64,000 nucleotides of DNA, from positions 6,324,001 to 6,388,000 of the forward strand of contig OX597819.1 in NCBI GenBank assembly GCA_951406725.2, written 5' to 3'. Positions 51,497 through 64,000 of this stretch are shown in pieces. Origin of the DNA: Octopus vulgaris. Its lineage: Eukaryota. The notes under the pieces are model-generated. The model ran no database searches, was not told the DNA's origin, and saw only the letters and a program-made list of their open reading frames with translations. Numbering within the stretch: the stretch's first letter is position 1; the number at the start of each line of letters is the position of its first letter. Position numbers and translations under genes: made by a program.

Positions 51497-52320
51497 GGTG
51501 AGGCGGGTGCGGAGGGAAGGAGGGAAGGAGAAAGGGTTGAAAAGATGGAGAGCATGGTTAGTGTCGTAGATACGGGAGAGGAGGGAAATCCATTAAGAAG
51601 CAAGGGCATAGTCGAGGTATTTCGGGATCAGTTCCGTGGGGCAGTTACAGGTGGAGACGATGGGGCGCCCAGAGTTGTTGGGTTTGTAGATTTTAGGAAG
51701 GATGTAAATGGTGGGGGTATGTGGAGTGTGGCCAATGAGGTTGGAGGCGGTGGGAAAGAGACGGGAGGAGGAGATGAGGTCATGGATAGTAGAGGACACA
51801 GTCTATTGGTAGCTAGGCTTGGAATTGGGGAGCAGAGGAAAATAGGAGGTAACATTGGCGGAGAGCTTCAGCCATGTAGAGTTCTGCGCCCCACACCACC
51901 ACGGCTCCACCCTTGTCGGCCGGTTTTATGATAACGTCTTTGCGACGTCGGAGACATCATCGAAGGGCAGACAGTTCGGCCGGGGAGATGTGCAGATGTC
52001 GGAGACGCCTGCGAAAGTTAAACCGGTCCACAACATGTTGGCAGTTGTCTGCAAAATGATCGACTGTTTGATACTGGCCAGGAGCCGGCGTCCTGTGGGA
52101 TGATCTATGGCCAAGGTCATTGAAGCAATTCTCTTCGTTAGATGCAGGTTGAGTGTTGTGGAATAGTGCATATAGCCTGATACGGCACACAAAGCTATGA
52201 ATATCAGCACGGGTCTGAAATTCGTTGCTGGATGGAGGGGGATAAAGCGCAGACCCCCACTGCGAAGAGAGCGCTCCGCCTCAGAGAGGGGAAGATCAGG
52301 AGGAATGGTAACAACAGACT
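51497..52320 (-). pseudogene. Penelope-like element ORF fragment (N-terminal region and RT start)
   Basis: VVTIPPDLPLSEAERS..GGLRFIP, IIKPADKGGAVVVW and YILPKIYKPNNSGRPIVSTCNCPTELI..YLD...IYDTNHAL motifs; stops and frameshifts. Confidence 0.88.
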
Positions 52321-52523
52321 GAAGTGGGTAAGGGCGGTGGGGGTAGTGGATTTATGTATATGAGTGGGAGGCTGGAAGGAGAGAGAGATAGAGAGAGGAG
52401 AGGTAAGTGCGTGGGGGAGGCGGTTGATGTCACAGTCAAGTCGCAGTCAATTATTAGTGACAGAAGCAGTATTAATTGCAAAGGGTAATAAGCATTCATC
52501 CCCATTTAAAAACGAATAACAAG

Positions 52524-52950
52524 CATAGGCGCAGGAGTGGCTGTGTGGTAAGTAGCTTGCTAACCAACCACATGGTTCCGGGTTCAGTCCCACTGCGTGG
52601 GATGTTGGGCAAGTGTCTTCTGCTATAGCCCCGGGCCGACCAAAGCCTTGTGAGTGGATTTGGTAGACGGAAACTGAAAGAAGCCTGTCGTATATATGTA
52701 TATATATATAAGTGTGTGTGTATATGTTTGTGTGTCTCTGTTTGTCCCCTGAGCATTGCTTGACAATCGATGCTGGTGTCTTTACGTCCCCGTCACTTAG
52801 CGGTTCGGCAAAAGAGACCGATAGAATAAGTACTGGGCTTACAAAGAATAAGTCCCGGGGTCGATTTGCTCGACTAAAGGCGGCGCTCCAGCATGGCCGC
52901 AGTCAAATGACTGAAACAAGTAAAAGAGTAAAAGAGTAAAAGAGTAAAGA
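52524..52950 (+). mobile_element. CORE-type tRNA SINE, full length
   Basis: Complete head, core, internal microsatellite and (AAAAGAGT)3 tail. Confidence 0.93.
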
Positions 52951-53539
52951 GATACAAACTCACAGAACCAAGCGGTTCTGCATATTGAAACATTATTATT
53001 CATTAGAAAGTGTATTTGCACTTATAAAAATGCTCTCTAGGTAATTAGTCACCGGATAAATGTCTAAACTTAATCCTATCTCTGATTAACAAAAACTTTA
53101 GAATTTATTAATTTCCGAATAACAATTGCTGTTCCCCTTCCCTTTCTTGTTATCGATCTTGTTACTATTATCCAGCTTTTGTAACCTTCGACCAGAACAA
53201 AACTTCACCTATGACATCGGATTTCTTATTAAATAGTATATTTGTAATCATATTACTTCGCAATGTATTTCAATACGCTTATTCAAGTTTTTCAAAATAA
53301 TTAAATATAAAAATGTACAGATAAATCTATACGAAATTAAATTGTGTTCGCGGAACTTAATGAACAACTGCATTTTATGGATTATGTCTTCAGATTATTA
53401 TGTATGGATGACGTATTTAAATATGCATATATATGAGTACATACGTGTGTGTATGTGTGTGTATGTATGAATAGGTATATATGCATGTATGCGATTCAAC
53501 AAGTTCTTTCTATATGATTATATGCATATACGTATATAC

Positions 53540-53588
<49 letters not shown>

Positions 53589-54513
53589 TTCAGCAAAATT
53601 TAGATTCAGATGAATATGGTACTTAAGTTAAAGGCACCAGAATTTTTGTATGGTATTATCCATATAAATCAAATGGGGTGATTATAATCAAAATAAGCAA
53701 CAACTATATCCAAGGTAGAGTAGTACAATTGTAATGGCAACATATAACCCAGTACAACCTCTTCCACCGACATCCATACAACCTCTGTTTGGCAAGGTTT
53801 AGTTTACTCACTGGAGAACGGTAAGTAAATTCCTGACATAGTGTGGAGGAACACAATGCCCATCCAATAACTGGAAGTGAGAGGGCCCTTGTCTTTGTAT
53901 AAACATTCGTCTAGGAGAACGAAAACTCTGATGTAACAGCTGTGACTTTGTGCATCGACTGATTTAAAGTAATTCTTTTGGGACGAATGTATACGTTGTT
54001 TAGAATGTTGGATTGGCAATACACAAGGCTCGCTTGAATTGTTTCAATTTTAACATCTCTATTATATGTATGCTATCGCTGGCCGTAGCCAAAATAAAAC
54101 CAGCTACAAAATGAAGCAATCCATGATGGAATGAATGCAGCTACCAGCGTGGATGATAAGATCTCTGAACACCTGGTACAAGCAGCAGCTGTACAAAAGA
54201 GTCAGTCCCTAGCAGGGCTGAAAAACCTTTTCTGTGCTACATTCAGCAGACAATCAAACAATGGCATTGCTCGAAATTCCTACCACCATGCTTGTATGGG
54301 TGTATGGATATATGTAGGTATGCATGGATGGCTGGATGGATGGCAGGATGGATGGATGGATGGATGGATGGATGGATGGATGGATGAACGGAGGCACGGA
54401 TAAGTATGTCATTGTCACTCGCCATGCCAACTTACGTATATTTTCTTATTTGTGTATTCTTTTAAAAAAAAATATATTTATTCATTTGTTATTTATATGA
54501 CTGAAAATGACTG

Positions 54514-54830
54514 GCATTTCGTCGCTTACGACGACGAAGGTTTCGGTAGATCCGATCAACGGAACAGCCTGCTCGTGAAATTAACGTACAAGTGGCTGAG
54601 CACTCCACAGACACGTGTACCCTTATCTTAGTTCTCGGGGAGATTCAGCATGACACAGTGAGACAAAGCTGGCTCTTTGAAATACAGGTACAATTCATTT
54701 TTGCCAGCAAAGTGGAATGGAACAACATGAAATAAAGTGTCTTGCTCAAGGACAGAACGTGCCGCCTGGAATCGAACTCGCAATTTTACGGTCGGGAGTT
54801 TATACCCCTACCCACTAAGCCGTTCGCCTT
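54514..54830 (-). mobile_element. tRNA SINE with V-like block
   Basis: Diverged copy of 1570-1895. Confidence 0.85.
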
Positions 54831-54911
54831 CAGATTTGTTGTCTATACACCTTGTATTTAGGCAACCGTATCATCTTTTCCTTTTTCCTTATCCTTTTGA
54901 CCTTCTCATTC

Positions 54912-54975
<64 letters not shown>

Positions 54976-55925
54976 TGAGGGAGAAAAAATAAATTTTTAT
55001 TTTAATATCAATTTAAAACCAGTAGTCTAGCATACACAAGATCTGAGAAGTCAGAGAAAATTCTAATATATGTGTATATTGGCAGGGCAAAACTGCTAGG
55101 TAGTCGGCCGTATGCTAGAAATAGATCATCAACGATCAAACTACAAAGGAAATTCTCTAACATATATATATATGTATATAACATCATCTTATTTTATTCC
55201 ATGTTTACTTTACACTCTTCTTAGTACATTTATTTTATACCCATTTTATCTCATTAACCTTAATCGTTTCTCCTTTTATCGTCAGGTTCATCTCAATATA
55301 TATTTTCCCAATAATCTGCTCTTATGTTTGACACCTTGCTTAAACCTTTTTTTTATATTTGATTTGTTGCCCATTAATTAATTTATTTTTAATTAATTAT
55401 GTTCTTATCCTTTCTTCATACTTTTATCTAATGTTCGTTGGGGCATGATTCATGTACATTTAATGAGAGGAGAAATTCGAGAAGGCTATATTTCATTATG
55501 TCATCTGAACATGTGGTTAATGATCGAGTTAATTATTACTTATTTATGATTAGGACGGAAACATTCGGGTTTAAACATATCTCTGAAATATCCACTATCT
55601 GTTTTTCGTTTGTCCTTGTAGAATACACACACACAAACACACACACACACACACACACATACATATTTATATATATATATAAATATAATTATTTGTATAT
55701 TCCGATGATTATCTCCAGGTAGCTAATGAGTTAATTAGCTAATTATCAATTCTGCGCAAATAAATAAACTCTAGTAAATACACTCAGTACTCTTTTTTCA
55801 TGCTTACGTTTCCATACCTAAACCTAAACATACGTATATATGTGCGTAGGCACACAGATACATACATGCTAACATACACACACATATCTATACACACAAA
55901 TAGATATTCATAATGTTTGTATGTA

Positions 55926-55974
<49 letters not shown>

Positions 55975-56058
55975 ACATATGTATGTTTGCCTGTGTTTAC
56001 GTGTGTGTGTGTGTATACACACACATATACATTACTTCCGAACACACACACACACACT

Positions 56059-56096
<38 letters not shown>

Positions 56097-56921
56097 CATA
56101 CATTACTATGGAACAGTAAAAATGAATGTTCAACTCCGCATTGGTTGATAAATCATCTTTATTTGTAGGGTAAAAAGTCTACCAATGCTTTCATTTCAAT
56201 CAATCTTTACCATTGTTCCAGCGTAACACATTGGAATGGTGGAACTCGTCTCCATTATGACTGGAAATATATACAAGGTACAGATCTTATGAATTAGGTA
56301 TGATATTCTAACCTTGATCTAAAATAGATATATGAAACTCTCGTCCGTACATATGAGTGACATAAGGAGTGCATCGACTAATTTAGCTTTCATCTAAATT
56401 CGATACAGTTAGATACTTTATAACTTACGATCCTCCTGAAATGTAGTCGCTAAATCGACGCCCTTGTGAGACATAGTTTCTACTCTTTCCATTAAGAGTT
56501 TATCTCACAGAGTTCATTATGGTAGAACGTACTACAGGATTTGCGTATAAAATGAAAACTCTCTCACGAAGACATTGATTTTCGTATGCTTTCTGGGAAG
56601 GAAAACTAAATTTGAAGTGTGAGAGGGGTTTAAATGAACCAACAAATTATTATTTCCGTAGAAAACTCTACATAGATTACATAGATTACATAGAGAATTA
56701 TAAAATTATCAATGGATCATTCTATAACATTCTTATTTTCTCTTGAAGCAATTGGTATTGCACAGAATGAGATATCCAGAAGAGGATTTTTTAATGGTAA
56801 AATTGATTAGCGTAAGATTGAAACAACACCCCAATGTCAGTTTGCCGTTATGGCTTCTATAAAGCTACATATACATGTGTATATTTGCATTATATAAGCG
56901 CTTTAGATTTTATTACAATTC

Positions 56922-57168
56922 TATTAAGTTCGTGCATCATTATTGCGACTTTTCCAACAAATTTTATTCAACAAAAACAATAACAATATTTAACAAAAAC
57001 ATCTTTAAATGACGGTCTGACCGTCTGCCAAGCAAATGGGAAGCAGTAATTGAAGTAAATGGTGAATATACTCCGGAATAATCATTTATAGATGTTTTTC
57101 TTACATGATGTTTTTTTAATTAAAATTTGTTGAAAAAAAAGCCGCAATAATTATGCACCAACCCAATA
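56922..57168 (+). mobile_element. mariner-derived MITE
   Basis: TATTAAGTTCGTGCATCATTATTGCG ... CGCAATAATTATGCACCAACCCAATA TIRs; internal DRLPSKWEAVIEVNGEY* C-terminal remnant. Confidence 0.8.
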
Positions 57169-58859
57169 ACATTCCTTGTTTGCTAAAGAACTAATATCAA
57201 TATCTAAGTTTCGATTGAGAATAAAATTCTGCAAAAATTTAGAAAACTTGGACAAAATGCAAGTTTATTATAACCTTATTTTTTCTTTTGTTTTAGAAAT
57301 TCTATTTTTTCGAAGTTAATTGTTTTTATTTTTCCTGTGTTTTTTTTACATTAAAAAGAGAGTGCGGTGGAAATAATAAATGAAATTCTTTTTATAAGAG
57401 AAAATAAATTTATAAGAATATTGGAAAACGAGTGTGTGTGTGTATTTTAAAGTAGTACACTGAGAAATAGACAAAAATGATCTGTCTGCACTCGGGAAAA
57501 ATTAAGGAAGTCTGCCTGAATAAACTGTACTTCGTTAATGAACACAATATTGCATTGAAACGCAGATCGATACAAAATAATAGACAAATTAATTAATTCT
57601 GTGAGATAGCTTTGCATTAGGATATCGGTCTAGCTAGGAGAGCAAAGATGAGTTCACATCATTAGCTGATAAATTTTCTTGCTAATTAATGTCATATTTT
57701 TCTCTTTCTCTCTAGAAAATAAATAAGAACAAGAAGAAAAACAGTAACAATAGCCAGTTTCGCTGCAAACCAGGAAATATATTCTATAGAGGATAGAGAC
57801 TGGTTTATTTCATTAAATAGTAAACATTCATAGTCATTGGTGACCTCTTATTTCTATCTTAAAGGGTCGTTATTTTGTCATCGTAGTTCTGGATTCTATT
57901 GTAGTCTATCCATTAAAACATCCACTTAATCGTAGAGTATAATGCCTACTGTGTCCTATGTAGGATAGTCTATATTGCAAAATCCATGAAATGTCACACG
58001 AATGAGAACTAGGTTTTTTACACCTTCAGGAAACGATTGGATTCTATGTTCTAATGCTCATCATATGCGTAAACATTTGTATGGCTTAACAAGATATCTA
58101 TTATCAAATTAAATGCCTTACAAGAAATTATAAAGGAGATGCTCGGTGTGAACGTTTGTCATGCATATTTTTACCTGTTCAATAACTGGCTTAATCTCTG
58201 ACTGATACTTTTATTAACACCGATATTTCTTCCAGAAAGATCCCATCCAATTATGCACCTACACGTACAACTTATATTAGGGTTGTCAGAGAGTGGTTTG
58301 CATTTTAAAGGAAATAGTTTGAAGTTATTTTTCTATTAAATTACCAGTTTATAGGTCAGTGTGATAGTTGACCATGTTCCGCTGTTGTTTTACTTTTGAA
58401 TTTTTAACGAATACTTTAATTTGCTTCATATACCAAATAAATGACAAGGACTTTATTCAACACCATTAATAATACCGAGAATGGTTTTAAGAGAATGGTG
58501 AAAAGAAAATACTAAGTAGAGTAATAAAAGCAACAACTGTGATAATAGAAACTATAAAAACGACATTTTTGTTCTTGTTTAACCTCAGGTTAGTGTTAAA
58601 CAATAGAATTTATAAGAATATCGTCTATCACAAAAAGGCATTGAAGCCGCGACAATCCCAATGACATTATTTTTCTAGACTGTGCATTTAGGATCAGATT
58701 ATAGAATTTATCCCTATACCTGTACTTTTCGGTTGTCAGGGAGCGATTGGAGAGTTATTCGGCAACTACTTTTAGCCTATGTTCGAAAGTTGTTTTTTTT
58801 ATTTTCGTATAGTGATAGTCAAAACAATTAAACAAAGTTCAATATGAAAAACAATGATA

Positions 58860-60857
58860 TCTATATCTATAAAATTCAAAATGTCTGTGCGTGCGTATGT
58901 GTGTGCTTTTTATGCATTTCCACATATTTCATCCGATTTTGATGAATTTCTTTTTGGTAAATGGCAAATTTACCCAGGAAGGTCACTGCCGCATTAGCGA
59001 TGCCTAGATATACACCCTTCTAGGAGAAAAATTGATAAAACTGAAGTAACCCTACACTTGTTGCAATAAAAAAGCAAAAGTTGCATGCAAGAAAAGTTTT
59101 TACAGAGACGTCCGATTTTTATAATTTTGATGTTAAAAGAACCGTCATGTTGCGACATTTCAGACAAATATTTTGGTACTTCCTTGAGGCCTCTGATTTC
59201 CAAGAAAATTGCGAAAAACTTTGAAAATATCGATTTTTCGCATTTCTGCTAAGTTACACGGTAGAAAACCTTTTACTCGAAAGTCGGATTTCCTTGGTTT
59301 TTACGGCTAAAAACAACACCATGTAACGGCGGTTCTATCAAGTATCTGTTATATGTCCAAAGGCATCCCTGTGCGACAAAAAACGCGAAAACTGTGAAGA
59401 AATCGATTTTTATACACTCTTTCCCCTTTAAATCTTCAAATACTTCTCACTGCTTCGGTGGATTGTGTCCAAACTTTACACACTATGTACTCATCCTAAG
59501 GATAACGTTAGGAGACCGATTTGCACAGAATTCATCCACGTATGACCAGAAATTGCGAAAAAATGAGTAGCAAATCGGTTTTTTGCCCTTTAATCCCTCA
59601 TTTTTGAAAGAACATGAGGTCCCAGCTTTTCGGTGACAACTTTTCGGGTGACTTTTCCAAGCAACCTCTCCCTGTTGCAGCTGAAGAGATGGCTGTCTCA
59701 CACGTAGACACACCTGTGGACACTGTGGACGATCAGCACATAAACTACCAAAACCTGAATTGGCTGTGCGAAAGAGCCATATTAGTTCCCAAAAATACAT
59801 TTGTTGCGAAACTCAATAAAGACCTACTGCGAAGCCTTCCTGGAAACCTTTACACCTACAAGTCTGTGGACACTGTTGTGGACCAAGAAGAGGCTGTTAA
59901 TTTTCCCAGAGAATTCTTCAATTCCTTTGACTCCTCCGGACTATCGCCTCATCAGCTTCACCTAAAAATTGGAGCTCCAATAATGCTGCTGAAGAACCTG
60001 GAGTCACCAGTTCTGTGCAACGGAACGCATTTAGTGTTAAAAAAATGTGCTGCCTCATGTTATTGAAGCAACAATTCTTATGGGTTGCGGCACCGGAGAC
60101 GTCTTTGTACCCATGATACCTCTTACTCCATCAGATAGTCTGTGCCCCTGTCCCTTCCGTTGACTTCAATTCCCTCTTCAATTCTGCTTTATCATGTCCA
60201 TCAACAAGTTCCAAGGCCAAACACCAACAGCAACAGGCCTACATTTAAGCCAACCATGCTTCTCGCACGTCGGATGCTCAAGAGTCGGATGCAAAATCCT
60301 TTTTGTGTTCGCCCCGAAAGCCAAAACGAAAAACGTGAGGTTCTGTACGCTGTCCAACATGCTGCAGCTTCCTTGCCGAACCGGTTTATGGTGAGTGAGT
60401 ACTATTGTTGCCATTCTTTCAAAATTATCTGTTTTTCTTAAGTAATTTTTTTTATTCCGGCCATTACAGATTTTCAATCTCCTTGTAGATGGCTTGTGTT
60501 TTGGCATCACTGCACCAATTGCTTTTCCTGTGAACGTAAAAGGACGTTTATACCTGTGAACGGTTAATAATCCTTTTTAGGACTATTGTGAGAACGATAT
60601 CACGGCCTTTTTCAGAGCCACTTTACATTCAGTTGTTGCACCCCCTGCGATGCTCTTGTGGTTTCCCCAAGGCTTTTTTACCCTGTTGTTACTACTTTTT
60701 TTTATAGTCTATGGGAAAATCACTTCTTCCTCAAAGTCAGTGTTTGCAACTTAACGCAAAAAATATTCAAAGAGATCTATAACGAAAAAAATGGTCGAAC
60801 ATATTAAGACCATTGCCATGTATTTAATACCCGAGTAACGCCGGGTATTCCTGCTAG
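58860..60857 (+). mobile_element. Internally deleted Helitron with both ends
   Basis: A|TCTATATCTATAAAA 5' end; 3' CCCGAGTAACGCCGGG hairpin and CTAG|T, similar to the family-1 end. Confidence 0.85.
59725..60340 (+). pseudogene. Helitron PIF1-like helicase C-terminal fragment
   Basis: WLCERAILVPKN, FP.EFFNS...GL.PHQLHLKIGAPIMLLKNL..P.LCNGT, MSINKFQGQT, CFSH and SRV motifs; frameshifts. Confidence 0.9.
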
Positions 60858-63800
60858 TTATTAATAAATATCAGCGCTAAAATCCGAAATAATCGATGAT
60901 AGATGTATATGTTAGGAACAGAAGTATTTTGATGAAGGCTTTCACCTGAAATGTACATTTCCTCTCGTTTCCATGTACTGACATAGACGAATATTTTTTA
61001 CTGTGCAAAAATAGTAATAATAGAAAGATATGCAGTTTCAAGTACAAACAAATATACAATTGAAACATAAAACTATTGGGAACATTTCAAGGCATACGCT
61101 GTAATACACTATATATAAGTTTTGTTTTAAAGATAAAATGATATACGAGCAACCTATTATTTAACAGAATTTTTTTTCTTCTAAAACAGATGCAGGGCCA
61201 CAAGTATCAACTGAGTCAGTCCACAGTAGAGGTACATTATCTTATCGAGCCTGCATGGATAAAAGGCAACGTTGACCTTTAACTTGATAGGAATTCAAAA
61301 CAAGAAGTGTTGGAACGTATATAGAGGACTGGAGTAAGATTTTATGAAATTTTTGTCTATATTAATGAGTTCGAATCCCATTTCAGTAGAGAAGACCCAT
61401 ATATTATCATTATACGTAAATACGAGGATCGTGACGTAGCAGAAATTCAGATGAGAATGAGATTGTTTTTCACCTCCTGAATTTTGTTACGATAAAATAG
61501 TTATGAATTTGAGACAATGAACTATTCTATTTCGCCTAGAGATGCTGGTTCTGACGACTTTTCGAAACAAAGTTCCTTATGGCATGCGCACACTGTAGTA
61601 TATTGGTAGAAAGAATGGATCTGTGAACCAAATGCTTTACATTTATTCGTCCCATCTCTCAATGTTTCGCATTCAAATCCTGCCAGACGACGTTGATTTT
61701 GCTTCCTTCGGAATCAGTAAAATTAATACCTGTAATATACATTGGCCAATTCAAACAACTATTTTCCTTCATTTTTATGTTTAGCTAAATTAAATTTATA
61801 ACATCAAGAGTTACATGATTTAATTATTTGTTCTCCATCATCTAGAAGCTGTCCATCATACTCAGGATAGCTTCTACTTGGGAAAGAAGTATTTTGTTTT
61901 CTCCTTTCTGAATTATTGGCAATAAATTTCTTGCTTGCTAATAAAAAAACTGACTTCTTGATGTCAAATTTATACCTGCACAAATGTTGGGATTATAGTC
62001 CTGAGTGTTTAAAATCACATCCAAATATTCACAGTAAAGTAAACATTGGACCTTGATGAGAAACATTATCCCTTCAAATCTTCTTTGTATTGATCCAACA
62101 TTTGCCACTGCTCGTTTGATTGATAGAAAGCGTCAGAAAAGTAGAAAATAAATTGACAAGAGAAAAACAACGCATATCAGCCAATATGTTACTCATGTCG
62201 TTTAGTTTTGTTTGATTTTGTTTTTCTAAATTCTATTTCTTTGTCAGTAGTATTGATAATTAAGTTCGACATTTATACATCCTGAGACGTACCAACAGCT
62301 GAAAAGAGCCAAACTTCACTTTGGATAGAAAGATGTGACAACAGTTTGGACAGGATAAAATAATATAGATTAATGCGAGGCCAATTTAGGATCGATAAAA
62401 CTGTGCATTTCCTTTATTCCCTGTGTTAAATTGCTGCTCATATATTTATCTATTCTTTAAGAAAGAGTCACCGTAGGCAAGCAGATGTGAAGTGATTAAG
62501 AGAGGTCATAGTTAATGGAATGTTTCTGTTAAAGTGCTTTTGGTTGTGGGGCAAAGTCTGTGGTTTAAGTCGTCAAATTTCTGGCATTTTCTATTCCCAT
62601 AAAGCAAATTCAAGACCAATAACCTACATATGTTTACTATATATCACGACTTGTAAAGAAATATAAAACAAATGTTGCACTACGTTGAGTGAAAACTATG
62701 AAAAGGGTTTGATTATTATTTAAGGATATTTCAATTACAACCTGATCGCCTTAATCCTCTCGTGACAAGCTGGAATGCTTCATTTCTCAGCTCCGGAAAC
62801 ATGTTTTGGAGAGTGTATTCAGTTCAGTAGTAAAGTAATTCTGATATTTTATTCTTAATTATTTTAAAACCCTGTCGCTAATACCTTTGAGGGAGGTACG
62901 TTTAGTACAATTTTGCATTTTTACTACCTCACTGCTCTCCTTTCACAGCAATGTAATAAATATAACTATGAAATCAGGTTCAATTGTTGCTGTTGTTAAT
63001 CAAGAAGAGGAAAGCTTCTGTTCAGCCAAATTCTAAATTCAGTTCTAGAGTAATGCTATTTTCCTCATCTATGAGATTTCAGTATCAGTTTAATAGAGAA
63101 ACGACAATTTATAGCAGCCATGTTGCCTCATTTGTGTCTTTGCCTTTAGGTTATTAACGATGCAATAGATATGAATGGCCAGAATATCACTGAATTGAAA
63201 TCGAATCAGAGATCTTTCGATGAAAGGGGTTCTAACCTTTTGATTCGCCTTTATTTGTCAAATAAAAAAAAAAAAATGAATTTATAGAGAATGCAAAGGC
63301 TATTATAGAGAAATATAAGAAAATTAAGATTAATATAAGGAAAACAAATTAGTTTGAACGTACGAGTGAAACTCCTACGTGCTGGATTTATACTCCGGTA
63401 CGTTTACTCAGTCAAACAACTAATGATAAAGAGCTGACGTCATGCTTATAATGCATTCCAGTGCGGATGATTGACATGATTTTAATTTCACCTGTTGTTC
63501 ATTATTTATCCAGGAGTGAATAGATTTTGTTTATGAATACGGAATAATAAAACCGTCCAGCTATCTTTTATTATAACATCGAGCTCATTATTTCCCTATT
63601 TAATCGTCATATCGCAAAACTTTTACAACGCTTCCGAAATTTTTTTAAATAGTAGTGTTAAGAAACGTATCTCTACACTTCAGTGAGTTTTCCGTGCACT
63701 AAACTGGCTTAAAATGCGTTGTAAAACAAATAAGTGAATGTCTGAATGAGAGAGAATAATTGACGTTTTTTTCGTTCCCTTAATATTTCTTGACTACTCA

Positions 63801-63917
63801 GAAATATATCTTCGCGTGAAATGGTTTGCAGTATTCTGGCTTAAAGCAGCAGTATGTGTGTGTACATGCGTGCGTGTTTATACATACACACACACACACA
63901 CGTGTGTACGCGCGCGC

Positions 63918-63984
<67 letters not shown>

Positions 63985-64000
63985 CAAGTATGAATGTGCG

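Noticed and set aside
53745-54290. Possible ancient RTE RT remnant
   Set aside because: Only faint motif resemblance ([10 protein letters not shown]); too decayed to call.
61547-61580. CTGACGA-CTTTTC-GAAAC-AAAG-TT hammerhead-like core
   Set aside because: No stem II pairing and no stem I; probably chance.

Overview
Very AT-rich, microsatellite-saturated eukaryotic DNA. Its SINE/Helitron/Penelope repertoire looks like a coleoid cephalopod (Octopus-like) genome; this is an inference. No intact host protein-coding gene, rRNA, true tRNA or CRISPR array can be supported, and nearly all ORF-track entries are simple-repeat artefacts. The window is a mosaic of decayed mobile elements. These include four tRNA-derived SINE lineages with swapped modules; Tc1, mariner, maT (DD37D), Tigger, piggyBac and hAT relics; RTE, R4/Dong-like and Tx1-like LINE fragments; a Penelope RT fragment; and non-autonomous and helicase-bearing Helitrons. 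The most notable unexplained signal is a dispersed set of about 8-9 type I hammerhead-ribozyme motifs on both strands. Each sits in a short Penelope-like terminus and points toward an adjacent (TA)n tract. One copy (41546-41648) has a complete canonical core with a long stem II and a competing loop-II/stem-I pairing. Other notable structures are two composite Helitrons with the same architecture but different cargo, a Tx1-like element nested in (GATA)n, several long foldback palindromes, and a TE-poor 25-33.5 kb zone with a strong minus-strand splice donor that may be a host gene's first exon/promoter.
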